55,527 nt of DNA from Victivallaceae bacterium (GCA_045587205.1 JAZNBV010000079.1:1-55527), one strand, 5' to 3'; shown: positions 44,870-55,030, numbered from the stretch's first letter. Numbers and translations are program-made. The notes: generated by a model from the sequence alone, not told the origin.

Positions 44870-47029
44870 ATGAAAAAACTTAAAAAAAAGCATATTGCAT
44901 TAATCGCTGTTGCTGTTTTAATACTCTTCGGGAGTATCGGAGCAACAGCGTATTTGCTTTTTTCAAATTATCAGAATGTTGCGCTCTTCAAACAGGCCAA
45001 GGCTGACTTTCTGTTGGGCACGCCGGAATCTTTAAGGCTTGCCGAAACTCAACTGCTGCAGTTTGTCCGCAGCGACAGCAACAATGAATCCGCTTACATT
45101 ATGCTGGGAGCGATCGCCGAAAAAAACCAAGCCTACCCGGAGCAGGTTTACTACTGCTATATGGCACACCGGCTCAACCCGTTGAGCAGCGAAAATAAGG
45201 CAAACTATATAAAGAGCCTCTGCTTTGCCCGTTATTTTGACCGTCTCGAAAACTTTCTTGCCCAACAGGAACTGACGGATTATCAGCAAGAGCTTCTGCT
45301 CTACGCTGCCGGCCGCAACGGCAATATCAACAAGTACAAGGCGCCGGCTCAAACAGAACATTCACTTGCTGATCTGGCTTTACTGCTTTTCACCCCCGGC
45401 AAACTGACCGCGGCTGAAAAACTTGAAGCGTTGAATAAATTTCCGGCAGATGACCGCTTTCTGCAGCAGGAAATTCTGGTTGCCCGGGCTGAAACTTATC
45501 TTGCAGTCAATGACACGGACAACGCAGAAAAAGTGATAAAAAAAGCTTATGATGCCAATGAATTTGCTTTTGCACCGGCTCTGGGCAGATTTTATGCAAG
45601 TTACCGGTCATTCGGCAAAGCGTTGACTGTTTTTGAAAAATATCTTGCCACATATCACGATCCGGCAATCGCCATACAGACTGCAGAGATATACTGTCTG
45701 CTGAATCAGGCGGATAAGATCGCACAGCTCCGTACTCATTATCAATCCGATGCCGGCAGCAACGGTATGCTCTGCTGCTACTATCTGGATGCTTTGACCG
45801 CTTTGACCAAAAATAATCTTACTGCTCTGCCGGAACTGACCCGTCCGCTGCGTAAAAACATCGATACGCCGCTTGCGGCTTATATATTTCTCTGCGCTGA
45901 TCTTCAAACTGATGATGCCGCTGCGGTTCTGGCAAGTTACACAGCACTGCTGGAGCATCGCAGTTATCTGGATTTGCAGAAGCGGGCGGATAATATGATT
46001 TCGGATTATTTGAAACGCTCCCTTACCGGTAAACAACGCAATGAAACCGTCCTGATGACGCTGGCGCAAAAACTTTACAGCCGTAAACCGGAAGCGGCAA
46101 CCGCAAAATTCATACTGCTGCTGCAGAAAAAAGATGATTCGATAAATGTTGCACTGTTGAAAGATGCGCTGAAAAAATTCTCCGGCGATTTTGGAATTGT
46201 AAAAATCGGCATTGAGTATTATCTGAACAGTGACCTGGCAGAAAGCGCCCGTCTGCTTGAACTTTATAAAAAGAACTTTCCGGCAAGAAGCGGAGATATT
46301 ACGCGTTATGAAATTATTCTGGCGCTGAAAAAGAAAAATTTTGACCGGGCGTCAGAACTGTTCCGCAAGAACTTTTCTCCAGCAATTTCACAGGAATACT
46401 GGACTTTTGCCAGTTCCACGGCACGCGAGGAAGACTTGCTCTTTTTGAGCAGAGATAAAGAGTACGCTCCTTTCTGCCGGGCGCTGCTTCTGCTGAAAAA
46501 AGGCGATAAAAAATCGGCTTGCGATATTCTGGAAAAAGCCGATGCCAAAGATAATTATGATCTGTTGTTTTTTGCTGCTAAAACCCTGGCGGAAAACAAT
46601 AGAAACCGATCCGCTCTGGCAAAGTATGCGGCTTTTCCGGAAAAATCACCTTACTCGGTTGCAGTATTGCTCAACACTGCAGAAATTCTGGCGGAAACAG
46701 GTGATCTCCAGCAGGCTGTGTCAGTTGCCCGTCAGGCGTATAATCTGGCGCCGGCTCTGCCGGCAGCACAATATTGCTATGCAGACAAACTCTATAAAAA
46801 CGGCAATTTCAGTTTGATTCCGGATGTTGTGAATCTGACTGCAAGTTCCGCATACCGCAAAGAGATGGAAACGCTGTGGATCGCCGGTATGCAGCAGAAA
46901 ATAAAAGACTGCAATATTGCTGTGCAGCGGGAAAAACTCCGGGAACTGTGCCGGCAGCTGCTGGTTATAGCGCCCGATAATGATATAGCCCTTGAACACT
47001 TGAAAAAACTTCATCAGATGCCGCAGTAA
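44870..47029 (+). CDS. Membrane-anchored TPR-repeat protein (PrsT-like component of PEP-CTERM/EPS loci)
   Basis: N-terminal TM helix, then >650 aa of TPR-like helical repeats. Located between the candidate substrate and the exosortase. Confidence 0.45.
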   Translation: MKKLKKKHIALIAVAVLILFGSIGATAYLLFSNYQNVALFKQAKADFLLGTPESLRLAETQLLQFVRSDSNNESAYIMLGAIAEKNQAYPEQVYYCYMAHRLNPLSSENKANYIKSLCFARYFDRLENFLAQQELTDYQQELLLYAAGRNGNINKYKAPAQTEHSLADLALLLFTPGKLTAAEKLEALNKFPADDRFLQQEILVARAETYLAVNDTDNAEKVIKKAYDANEFAFAPALGRFYASYRSFGKALTVFEKYLATYHDPAIAIQTAEIYCLLNQADKIAQLRTHYQSDAGSNGMLCCYYLDALTALTKNNLTALPELTRPLRKNIDTPLAAYIFLCADLQTDDAAAVLASYTALLEHRSYLDLQKRADNMISDYLKRSLTGKQRNETVLMTLAQKLYSRKPEAATAKFILLLQKKDDSINVALLKDALKKFSGDFGIVKIGIEYYLNSDLAESARLLELYKKNFPARSGDITRYEIILALKKKNFDRASELFRKNFSPAISQEYWTFASSTAREEDLLFLSRDKEYAPFCRALLLLKKGDKKSACDILEKADAKDNYDLLFFAAKTLAENNRNRSALAKYAAFPEKSPYSVAVLLNTAEILAETGDLQQAVSVARQAYNLAPALPAAQYCYADKLYKNGNFSLIPDVVNLTASSAYRKEMETLWIAGMQQKIKDCNIAVQREKLRELCRQLLVIAPDNDIALEHLKKLHQMPQ

Positions 47030-47031
47030 GT

Positions 47032-47895
47032 ATGAAAAATTTTTGCAAAAGTTTATTAGAGAAACATCCCCTGGGAGTGCTGTGCGCAGTGCTTCTGGGG
47101 ATTGTCGCTTTTTCTGCGGCAATCCCGATGTACACATCAGGGGTATGGGATGCAGCTCTGGTTGACCTGCTTATGGCGGGATTGCTGATTTATTTTATGC
47201 TCAAAAATTTCATTTCCGCCAACCGCAGAGAAACAACCCCGGTGGAAAAAAGCGCTGCGTGGCTGTTGCTGATAACAGCCAATATCCTTGCATTGCTGCC
47301 AACGAACAGTTTTCCCGGAAGTTTGAGTACGCCATTTGCCTTTTCCATTCTGCTCTGTGCGTTTGTGCTCTATTTCGGCGGCGCATTTTCGGCATTGGCC
47401 GGTATGCCTCCTGCTTTGTGGTGCTGTGTTTTTATGCCTTATCACGAAGAATTTATGCTGCTGTTGAGTTATCCGCTGCGTTTGAGTGCCACACTGTTGA
47501 GTGCGGCTATTCTGAAATTGTCCGGGATCGGAGTGGTTTATTCCGGCACATCGCTTGAGCTGCCCGGTCTTGATATATCCATAACCGATGCCTGCAGCGG
47601 AATAGATCAGCTTGATGCTTTTATTCTGATTGCATTTGTTATTGTGCACATATTGCATAAAAATAACATCTGGAAGATACTGCACTTTGCCTTTATCATT
47701 CCGTCTATAATAATCGGTAACAGCTTGCGGATTGCGCTGACTGTATTTTTGTACAAATTGTTGGGCGAAACTGTTCTGTTGAGCAGTTGGCATACGGCAC
47801 TCGGTTATGTACAGATTGTACTGGCATTTATTATTTTTCTTGCAGCCGGAAAGATTTTTTCGCTTGGCAATACACAAACAGCGGAGCTGAAATAA
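47032..47895 (+). CDS. Exosortase (EpsH/Xrt family) transpeptidase, core domain only
   Basis: Eight predicted TM segments. The conserved Cys is in ITDACSGI and the conserved Asn/Arg in IGNSLRIALTVF, the exosortase catalytic motifs. Confidence 0.7.
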   Translation: MKNFCKSLLEKHPLGVLCAVLLGIVAFSAAIPMYTSGVWDAALVDLLMAGLLIYFMLKNFISANRRETTPVEKSAAWLLLITANILALLPTNSFPGSLSTPFAFSILLCAFVLYFGGAFSALAGMPPALWCCVFMPYHEEFMLLLSYPLRLSATLLSAAILKLSGIGVVYSGTSLELPGLDISITDACSGIDQLDAFILIAFVIVHILHKNNIWKILHFAFIIPSIIIGNSLRIALTVFLYKLLGETVLLSSWHTALGYVQIVLAFIIFLAAGKIFSLGNTQTAELK

Positions 47896-48944
47896 TGTTA
47901 AAGACAGTACTTTTGCTTATATCATTTCTGCCATTGCTGCTGCATTCACCTTATCTGCTGCAGGCGTGGCAGAATTCCCGTCTCGATCACTGGGATTGGA
48001 TATTTTATCTGGCGGCAGTTCCAGCTGCAGTCTGGGCTATGTATAAAGAAAAATTGGGTAAATATGATTTTTGTGCACTCCTCCTTATGGTACCGGCATT
48101 GTTGCTGACTGCCCCTGCACTGAATAATATCAATGCCTTGCTGATTGCATCGGCTGCCGGAGTGATTTTTTCAACCGTCTGGCTGGTGGGGTCGTGGAGT
48201 TCAGCATACAAAGTACTTCCGGCAACGATCATACTGCTGCTTGGCACACCGAGTTCAAGTTATCAGCTCTCCATACTGCTGATGTGCCCGGTGTACCTGG
48301 CGTGGGGCGTGAAGTTTTTACTGGCAATATTGTGTTTTTTGTGGATATGGTACAACCGTCGCAGCGGGAGATTGATAAAATGCGGAACACTTTTCTTTAC
48401 AGCGGCAGTTCTGGCGAGCAGTTTTCTTTTACTGCATTCCAGAGAATTATATTTTGAAGGCAGAAGTTTCATTCCGGAATTTCCCGCACACTGTGGAGAT
48501 TTCTGGGGCAGAAAAATACAGCCAAATGAAAATACCAAACGCTTTTTTGCCACAAGTACCGTAAAGCAATACCTCTACACAAAAAATAATACCGATATAT
48601 CTGTTCTGGCAGTGCAGTGCGGCAGAGACATCCACGAAATTCACCCGGCGAGCCACTGCCTGCGGACAAGTTCGTGGACGGTCCATACAGAAAAAATCCT
48701 CTACTTGCCAGGAAATCTTGCGGTGACGGAAATTTATGCCGAAAAAGGCAGCATCCGCATACTTGTATGGGTTTGGTACAGCAGTGAAAAATTATCCACA
48801 CCGGGTTTTCTCGGTTTCAGGCGGCATTTCAAACCGGGCGGAAAATACCACACCTATCAAATTTCCGTACCGATATACAGCAATACAGAAGCAAGCCGCA
48901 ATATATTGAAAAATTTTGTGCAATCATTGAGGAAAGCTGAATAA
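47895..48944 (+). CDS. Polytopic membrane protein with a C-terminal periplasmic domain; possibly a detached EpsI-like partner of the exosortase
   Basis: TAATG overlap with the exosortase stop. About 200 aa of TM helices are followed by a ~180 aa soluble domain. In many XrtA proteins an EpsI domain is fused C-terminally. The upstream in-frame extension to 47787 overlaps the exosortase and is unlikely. Confidence 0.4.
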   Translation: MLKTVLLLISFLPLLLHSPYLLQAWQNSRLDHWDWIFYLAAVPAAVWAMYKEKLGKYDFCALLLMVPALLLTAPALNNINALLIASAAGVIFSTVWLVGSWSSAYKVLPATIILLLGTPSSSYQLSILLMCPVYLAWGVKFLLAILCFLWIWYNRRSGRLIKCGTLFFTAAVLASSFLLLHSRELYFEGRSFIPEFPAHCGDFWGRKIQPNENTKRFFATSTVKQYLYTKNNTDISVLAVQCGRDIHEIHPASHCLRTSSWTVHTEKILYLPGNLAVTEIYAEKGSIRILVWVWYSSEKLSTPGFLGFRRHFKPGGKYHTYQISVPIYSNTEASRNILKNFVQSLRKAE

Positions 48945-48946
48945 TT

Positions 48947-49660
48947 ATGACTCAAATTGAAGAAATCATTGCCCTGCGGCAGCAGTTGAAACGCCCCGGT
49001 ATATTCCGGCATCACAATATTCAGCTGCGAATGGTATTGTGGCACATTACCATACGCAGTTCCGTATTTTTCAAGCGTTTGATGGATATTGTCCTGGCGG
49101 TGCTTGCTGTGATTCTCGGTTCGCCGGTATTTCTTATCACGGCGCTGCTGGTCAAACTCACCAGTCCGGGGCCGATCATTTTCAGTCAGGTCCGGGTGGG
49201 ACGGTTCGGCAGACATTTCAAGTTTTACAAATTCCGCAGTATGTATATTGATGCCGAAGCGCGCAAAGCCGAACTTTTAAAACACAATGAATCCGGCGAC
49301 GGGGTGATTTTCAAGATGAAACGCGATCCCCGGATCACACCGGTGGGTCGTTTTATCCGCAAATTCAGCATTGATGAATTGCCGCAGCTTTTCAATGTGA
49401 TTTTAGGCGATATGAGTCTGGTGGGTCCGCGTCCGCCGCTGCCATCGGAAGTACGCACCTATACACTTGAAGAACGCAAACGGTTGAATATCACCCCGGG
49501 TATAACCTGTCTGTGGCAGGTTTCCGGCCGCAGTGAACTGCCGTTTTCCAAACAGATAGCTCTGGACAAAGAATATATTGCCAGCCGCAGCGCGTGGAAA
49601 GATTTCCTTATTCTCTTGCGGACGATTCCGGCAATCCTGACCGGAAAAGGAGCGTGGTAA
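48947..49660 (+). CDS. Bacterial sugar transferase (polyprenyl-phosphate hexose-1-phosphate transferase, WbaP/WcaJ C-terminal domain type)
   Basis: FKRLMDIVLA...SPGPIIFSQVRVGRFGRHFKFYKFRSM...KRDPRITPVGRFIRKFSIDELPQLFNVILGDMSLVGPRP is the canonical Bac_transf motif set. Confidence 0.85.
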   Translation: MTQIEEIIALRQQLKRPGIFRHHNIQLRMVLWHITIRSSVFFKRLMDIVLAVLAVILGSPVFLITALLVKLTSPGPIIFSQVRVGRFGRHFKFYKFRSMYIDAEARKAELLKHNESGDGVIFKMKRDPRITPVGRFIRKFSIDELPQLFNVILGDMSLVGPRPPLPSEVRTYTLEERKRLNITPGITCLWQVSGRSELPFSKQIALDKEYIASRSAWKDFLILLRTIPAILTGKGAW

Positions 49661-49661
49661 A

Positions 49662-50891
49662 ATGCAACACCTGCTGATCAACCCCTATTCGCATCCTCAA
49701 GAATGGTGCAAAGATTATTTTCCTGACCGCAGCCTGGGAATGATGCCGGTCGGCGGACGCTGTGCAGCTGAATACTTTATTGATCTTGCGGTACGCTGTG
49801 AAGCCGAATCACTGCTGCTGCTGGGGCCAACTTACAATGAGCATCTTGCCGAACACCTCTATGAATATCAGCACGGAGCACTGAAACTTGATTACCGCAA
49901 AGGCGGCGGACACGATACCGTGCGGCATCTGTTGGAAGTGTATGCAAAAGAGTGCGGAGAAGATTGCCTTATTTTGCACGGTATGGTTATGCCCCAAGCG
50001 CATACGCTGGCAGAATTGCAGAGTTCTTTTCTGCCGTGCAGCGATGACGGAGCGGCAGACGGCATCTATCTTTATAAAGACGGCAAATTGCTGAAAAGCA
50101 GTATTGAATTTTATCACATCGATTCACTGAAGAGTTACTTTGAGGTGAATTTTCAGGTTTTGAATGATGATTTTTACAATCTGCCCGGTTATTCAATAAC
50201 CGGCAATGTCCACACCGGTACCAACGTGGTTATGAAAAACGACTGCAGCTTATCCGGGCCGCTGGTATTAAGCGACAATACATTCATTGAAAGCGCCGCC
50301 GTGGTTGCCGATTCCATTATCGGAGAACGCGCGCTGGTGGATAAAGCGTGCGTGGTCGAACACTCCATTATCTTTGACCGGACCTATGCCGCCGGCAATC
50401 TGGAGTTGAAAAATAAGATCGTCACCCCGGGGCGGATCATCGATCCGTACAGCGGCGGAGTGCTGGAACGCAACAGTTTCAGTTATACATTTTCACCGGT
50501 TCAGAACCGCTCGGCGTGGATATTGCGTGTGTGGGAACACTTTATAGCATTGGTTCTTGCTCTTGGGCTGGCGGTACCCTATTTGCTGATACTGCCGTTT
50601 TATCTGACGCATAAAAAATCCCATTGGTGCTGCAAACTTTCAATGGATCGTTATCCGGGGTACTGGGCTGTGCTGTTTTTCCGTAAAGAATTGATAAAAA
50701 GCCACCCGGCAAACGAACATTATGTGTTCCAGATGGGCGAGATATACGGACTTCAGAATACCCCGGAACAGCGGCGTATTTACGACTACTATTACCACTA
50801 TCACTGCAGTTGCTTTCTGGTGCTGCAAGTAGTGTTGCGCAGTTTGGGTAAAAGAGGATTTGCCACCTATGTTGAACGCAAACGCTCATAA
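49662..50891 (+). CDS. Hypothetical protein: degenerate sugar-nucleotidyltransferase-like N-terminus + left-handed beta-helix region + C-terminal membrane anchor
   Basis: MMPVGGRCAAEYFIDL resembles the MPxxG(K/R) start of NTP_transferase. Hexapeptide-like repeats (GNVHTGTNVVMKNDCSLSGPLVLSDNTFIESAAVVADSIIGERALV). TM helix FIALVLALGLAVPYLLILPF. Confidence 0.3.
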   Translation: MQHLLINPYSHPQEWCKDYFPDRSLGMMPVGGRCAAEYFIDLAVRCEAESLLLLGPTYNEHLAEHLYEYQHGALKLDYRKGGGHDTVRHLLEVYAKECGEDCLILHGMVMPQAHTLAELQSSFLPCSDDGAADGIYLYKDGKLLKSSIEFYHIDSLKSYFEVNFQVLNDDFYNLPGYSITGNVHTGTNVVMKNDCSLSGPLVLSDNTFIESAAVVADSIIGERALVDKACVVEHSIIFDRTYAAGNLELKNKIVTPGRIIDPYSGGVLERNSFSYTFSPVQNRSAWILRVWEHFIALVLALGLAVPYLLILPFYLTHKKSHWCCKLSMDRYPGYWAVLFFRKELIKSHPANEHYVFQMGEIYGLQNTPEQRRIYDYYYHYHCSCFLVLQVVLRSLGKRGFATYVERKRS

Positions 50892-51879
50892 AAAATTTAC
50901 AGCTTGCAACGATGCTGAAGCTGAAATGCTGCTGGAAAGAGTTCTTGCTGAAATGCAGAAAAATCTTTCCGGCACAGCTCTTTGCGTCTATTTAGGCGGC
51001 AGTTACGGTCGCGGCGACGGCGGAGTCCGGCAGGACAGAGCCAACGGCATACTCTATAACGATCTGGACTTTTTTGTATTTGCCCGTAAAAAGTGTGATA
51101 ATGCCGGAGTAGTGCTGAAAGAGATTGCCGGAAAATATGAAAAAGAGTTGAAAGTCGATGTGGATTTCAGCAGCATTATGTCCGTAAATGATATAAAAAA
51201 TAATTCCAAACGGCTGATGATGCAGGAATTGAAGCGCGGATACCGCCTTGTAGCTGGCGAAGATCTGCTTGAACAGTATCTTCCGGCGATCCCGGCAGAA
51301 AAACTGCCTTTTTCGGAAGCGTGCCGCTTACTGCTCAACCGCGGTATGGGGTTGCTGCTGGCGGGAGAAAAAATCACCGGAAACTCTGCTGACACTGATT
51401 TTATTCTGCGGAATATTTATAAAGCGATTCTGGGAGCGTGTGATGCTTTTCTGATCGCCGAACACAAATACCAATGGCATATCGAAGAGCGTCTGGCAGA
51501 AATAAATAATTCCGGATTGAGTGCTGACTGCAAAAGGCTTTATGCCCAGGCGGTCAAATTCAAACGAACCCCGAATCGGGAAGTTACACAGGATTTGAAA
51601 GATTTGTGGCAATCTGTCTGCGGCGTATTCAAAGAGTGCATGACTTTGTCTTGCGGAAAAGATATTTATATAAAATGTCAGCTTGAAAGTGAAGTTTCAC
51701 TGAAAAACTTTATAAAATATTGTATAAAAAGCCGTTCTCTGCCGTTGGCAAATTGGAAACGGCATACTATGCCGCCGGTGGCAATTCTGGCTGAAAGGGT
51801 ATATCAGGAATTGGGGAATACCCCGGACAAAGCTGTTAAACAAAGCAAACTTTATCGGCAATGGCTGATTTTTAATTGA
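50860..51879 (+). CDS. Pol-beta-superfamily nucleotidyltransferase-fold protein
   Basis: GGSYGRGDGG ... NDLDFFVF fits the GS...[DE]h[DE]h minimal NTase motif. Start is uncertain: 50860 overlaps the upstream gene by 32 nt, and the alternative in-frame ATG is at 50926. Confidence 0.4.
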   Translation: MPPMLNANAHKKFTACNDAEAEMLLERVLAEMQKNLSGTALCVYLGGSYGRGDGGVRQDRANGILYNDLDFFVFARKKCDNAGVVLKEIAGKYEKELKVDVDFSSIMSVNDIKNNSKRLMMQELKRGYRLVAGEDLLEQYLPAIPAEKLPFSEACRLLLNRGMGLLLAGEKITGNSADTDFILRNIYKAILGACDAFLIAEHKYQWHIEERLAEINNSGLSADCKRLYAQAVKFKRTPNREVTQDLKDLWQSVCGVFKECMTLSCGKDIYIKCQLESEVSLKNFIKYCIKSRSLPLANWKRHTMPPVAILAERVYQELGNTPDKAVKQSKLYRQWLIFN

Positions 51880-51889
51880 GAGGTATATT

Positions 51890-53980
51890 ATGGATTCGCT
51901 GGATAATGAGTTGAATGTTCAAGCCGAGGCCAGGCAGATGCAGAAATTGCAGATGTATCAGAAACTGGTCATTTTTACATTGTTGAAATTCAAATGGAGC
52001 ATAATTGCCATATTTGTACTGGCAATTATCGGCGGAGTGATTTTCCGTTATGTGCAGTTCAAAAAATCACACCACAAATACGAAGGCAGCGTAACACTCT
52101 TTTACACTCCGCGTGCCAGCGAAGAGGTAAAGCCATTGAGTATGAATCACGTATTGGGTTTGTTCAGTCGTCAGCAGATCTTTCACCAGCTGGTAAAAGA
52201 AATGCACCTGAATGAAAAACAGCGTGCGATCCTCAAACAGTGCATTGAGGTAAAATTGCTGCGCGATCATAACGATATGTTCATTATTACCGGCATCGGC
52301 GACAGTGATGAATATGTCAAAGAGCTGTTGAACACCTTTGTAGCTATCGGCATAAGAAACTATGAAGAATACCGTACAGAGGAATTGCGTAATTTTCTGA
52401 ATGCGCGCGAACGGCGTCTGCACGAGTTGCAGGAACATCTGCAGAATCTGATCGAAAGAATTCACGGATTGCACCGCCAATACGGCATAACCAACCCCAA
52501 GGAAGAGATGGATAATATCAAAAGAATCCAGGGCGACCAGAATGCCGCAGCGGCAGAACTCAATGTTAAACTTGCCGATGCCCGGCAGCGTTTTGAGTTG
52601 GCGGAAAAAAATTACAAAGCAATTCCAGCCAATGTAATCAGACACCGTGCATCTTTGCGTCAATATACCAATGACTTGCGTAAATTTTCCAGAGAGTACG
52701 AAAAGGCCAAATTGATGTTTGCCGAGCGCAACCCGCGCTTTGTGGAGGCAAAAAGCGCCTGCGAAGCAATGCAAAACGAGTTCGAGGCATTTAAGAAAAA
52801 AAATAACATCACGGAATTCGATGAAAATATGCTCCTGGGCATCGAAGGGGTCATTGAACGCTATAACAGTGCAGACGTTAATTTGCAGCAGTTGGAAATG
52901 AGCCTGAAATCACTGCAAGCGGAAGTTGCACTTGCCAAAGAAAAAGAGAAAAAACTTCAGCATATGATCCCGGTACACGACTCTATTGAGCAACTTATGA
53001 GAACAGCCAATAAAAGTGTATCTCTGGTGGTTGAAGAGATAACCCGGGTACGGAGTAATATCGCCCACGTACCCAATGATATTGTCATCAACGAACGGAT
53101 TGCCGGCACCAAAGCCTTTCCGATGTTTCCAGTCAAGATATTGGCAGTAATTTTCATAGGCGCTATTTTTGTCAGCGGTATTTACGCAGTGGCAGCAGTC
53201 ACTTATGATATAATCCACGGCAAATTCAGCGGTATTGAAGAAGCTTCATTTCACAAAGATTTTTTCGATACTGTTGGTGTTATTCCTCATGAGAATGCCT
53301 CCTTCACTCCGGAACAGCGGCATATTATCAACAACGAAATATTCTACCATTTTATACTGCGGTTGAAAAATACCCGTACGCTTTTCTCCTGTTCACTGGA
53401 CGGATCGTTTTTGAGTTCGGTAATCTTTGACGAACAGTTCACCAAAGCCCGGCGCAATACGATCCTGGTCCGGCTCATCTCTGAATTTGATGTGGAAAAA
53501 ATCTGCACAGGAATGCAGAAAATCGGTCACTTCTACTACTCTGACAACGGCAAAGTAGGAGTGAATTATCACGCGAAAGAGGAAGAGGGTGCCCGCGCGG
53601 AAAAATACTTCCGCGGCTTTTCTTCCGGCGACGGGAAAGGTTATGGTTACGGCTACGGCTTTGCCTTTTTCCCGATACGCAATATTTCAGTGCTGGCCCC
53701 GGATGAAATTTCAATGCTCTACGATGTGGTCAACGAGCTGAAAAAGCATTATCAGCTGATCCGTATTTCCCGCGAAAAACCCTTTGATGCATCGTGTATT
53801 CTGGTGCGTCAGCTGCACGATATATGCGATGCAACACTGCTTTATATCGGCAAACACAAAACGCCGCGCAGCGTTTTGCGCCGGGTTTTGAAACTGCACG
53901 ATGAGGAGCATAAAGTTTACGCGATTCTGACCGGAGTAACTGATGTTCAAAAAGTAATTTCAGGAGATTATATACAATGA
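51890..53980 (+). CDS. Polysaccharide chain-length determinant / co-polymerase (Wzz/GumC/PCP family) with a C-terminal cytoplasmic domain lacking a P-loop
   Basis: TM1 (WSIIAIFVLAIIGGVIF), a long periplasmic coiled-coil region, and TM2 (ILAVIFIGAIFVSGIYAVAAV). A ~260 aa C-terminal domain has no GxxxxGK[ST]. Confidence 0.55.
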   Translation: MDSLDNELNVQAEARQMQKLQMYQKLVIFTLLKFKWSIIAIFVLAIIGGVIFRYVQFKKSHHKYEGSVTLFYTPRASEEVKPLSMNHVLGLFSRQQIFHQLVKEMHLNEKQRAILKQCIEVKLLRDHNDMFIITGIGDSDEYVKELLNTFVAIGIRNYEEYRTEELRNFLNARERRLHELQEHLQNLIERIHGLHRQYGITNPKEEMDNIKRIQGDQNAAAAELNVKLADARQRFELAEKNYKAIPANVIRHRASLRQYTNDLRKFSREYEKAKLMFAERNPRFVEAKSACEAMQNEFEAFKKKNNITEFDENMLLGIEGVIERYNSADVNLQQLEMSLKSLQAEVALAKEKEKKLQHMIPVHDSIEQLMRTANKSVSLVVEEITRVRSNIAHVPNDIVINERIAGTKAFPMFPVKILAVIFIGAIFVSGIYAVAAVTYDIIHGKFSGIEEASFHKDFFDTVGVIPHENASFTPEQRHIINNEIFYHFILRLKNTRTLFSCSLDGSFLSSVIFDEQFTKARRNTILVRLISEFDVEKICTGMQKIGHFYYSDNGKVGVNYHAKEEEGARAEKYFRGFSSGDGKGYGYGYGFAFFPIRNISVLAPDEISMLYDVVNELKKHYQLIRISREKPFDASCILVRQLHDICDATLLYIGKHKTPRSVLRRVLKLHDEEHKVYAILTGVTDVQKVISGDYIQ

Positions 53981-55026
53981 AAAAACTCTTTCTGTTTGCC
54001 TTGCTGACCGTGGGAATTCTTACATTGAGCGGTTGTTACAACCGCTACACCGGTAATTTTGCCCAGTATCCGGATATAAACAATCTGCCCAGCGGAGTGG
54101 TCGATCAGTCCGGACTGACCGATGAAGATACACGCCGCCAGCTGGAATTTCTCAAACAGCTTGATGCCCAGCAAGAACCGGTCTATCGTATCAATGCCGG
54201 CGATAAAATCAGCATCCGCGTTTACAATCACCCCGATTTGATTATGGAATCGCTGGTTACGCCTGATGGTGCAATCGGAGTAATGTTTGCCGGTCAGGTG
54301 CAGGTTGCGGGGCTGACGCTGGAAGAAGCATCGGAAAAAATCAAAAACACCTATGCACAATACATCAAAAATCCGGAATTGGGCGTCTTTGCCATCGATG
54401 TAAGAAGTCAGACCGCCACCATTGCCGGTGCGGTGAACAATCCGGGTATGTTCGTAATATCCAACGGTATGCGCCTTGCCGACCTTTTTGCCAAAGCCGG
54501 CGGGTCGGCGGTGCGCGACTTTGATGACCAGATGCTTGATGCTGCTGATTACCAGAACAGTATCATTGTCCGCGACGGCAAGATCCTGCCGGTAAACTTT
54601 GCGCTTGCCATAGAAAAAGGCGACCGCTGGCATAATGTAAAACTTAAAAAAGGCGACTATATTTATATAGCGGTGCGTTCCGAAGCGATGGTCAGCATCA
54701 TCGGCAGCATCAACCGCCCGCACAAGCGGTTGTGGGATCAGAATCTGGGTATTCTGGAGCTTGTCTCCTCCGGACTCGGACTTAAAGAGCAGTACTGGCA
54801 GTACGGTGTCATTATCCGCGGCGGTATGGAAAATCCGCGTTTCTACCGCTTTGATATCGACGGCATAATGCAGGGCCGCTGCGCCAATGTCAGACTGCAG
54901 CCCGGCGATGTGGTGTATATACCGCACGACAATGTCTCCGAATACAATGTCTTTGTACGCAAACTGCTGCCGACAGCTCAATTTTTGAGTACATTCACCT
55001 TTCCTGCATTGAACTTTGTAAATTAA
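53977..55026 (+). CDS. Polysaccharide export outer-membrane lipoprotein (Wza/Poly_export + SLBB)
   Basis: Lipobox LTLSGC. YRINAGDKISIRVYNHPDL matches the Poly_export signature. ATGA overlap with the upstream gene. Confidence 0.7.
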   Translation: MKKLFLFALLTVGILTLSGCYNRYTGNFAQYPDINNLPSGVVDQSGLTDEDTRRQLEFLKQLDAQQEPVYRINAGDKISIRVYNHPDLIMESLVTPDGAIGVMFAGQVQVAGLTLEEASEKIKNTYAQYIKNPELGVFAIDVRSQTATIAGAVNNPGMFVISNGMRLADLFAKAGGSAVRDFDDQMLDAADYQNSIIVRDGKILPVNFALAIEKGDRWHNVKLKKGDYIYIAVRSEAMVSIIGSINRPHKRLWDQNLGILELVSSGLGLKEQYWQYGVIIRGGMENPRFYRFDIDGIMQGRCANVRLQPGDVVYIPHDNVSEYNVFVRKLLPTAQFLSTFTFPALNFVN

Positions 55027-55030
55027 GAGT

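Noticed and set aside
47787-47894. Upstream extension of the EpsI-like ORF overlapping the exosortase gene
   Set aside because: The extension would overlap the exosortase coding sequence by 108 nt in another frame. The TAATG junction at 47893-47897 gives a standard coupled start.
50860-51879. The NTase-fold protein as a CBASS/cGAS-like defence nucleotidyltransferase
   Set aside because: No effector (phospholipase, TM, endonuclease) or Cap2/Cap3-like genes are adjacent, and the gene is embedded in a polysaccharide operon. The motif spacing is atypical for CD-NTases.
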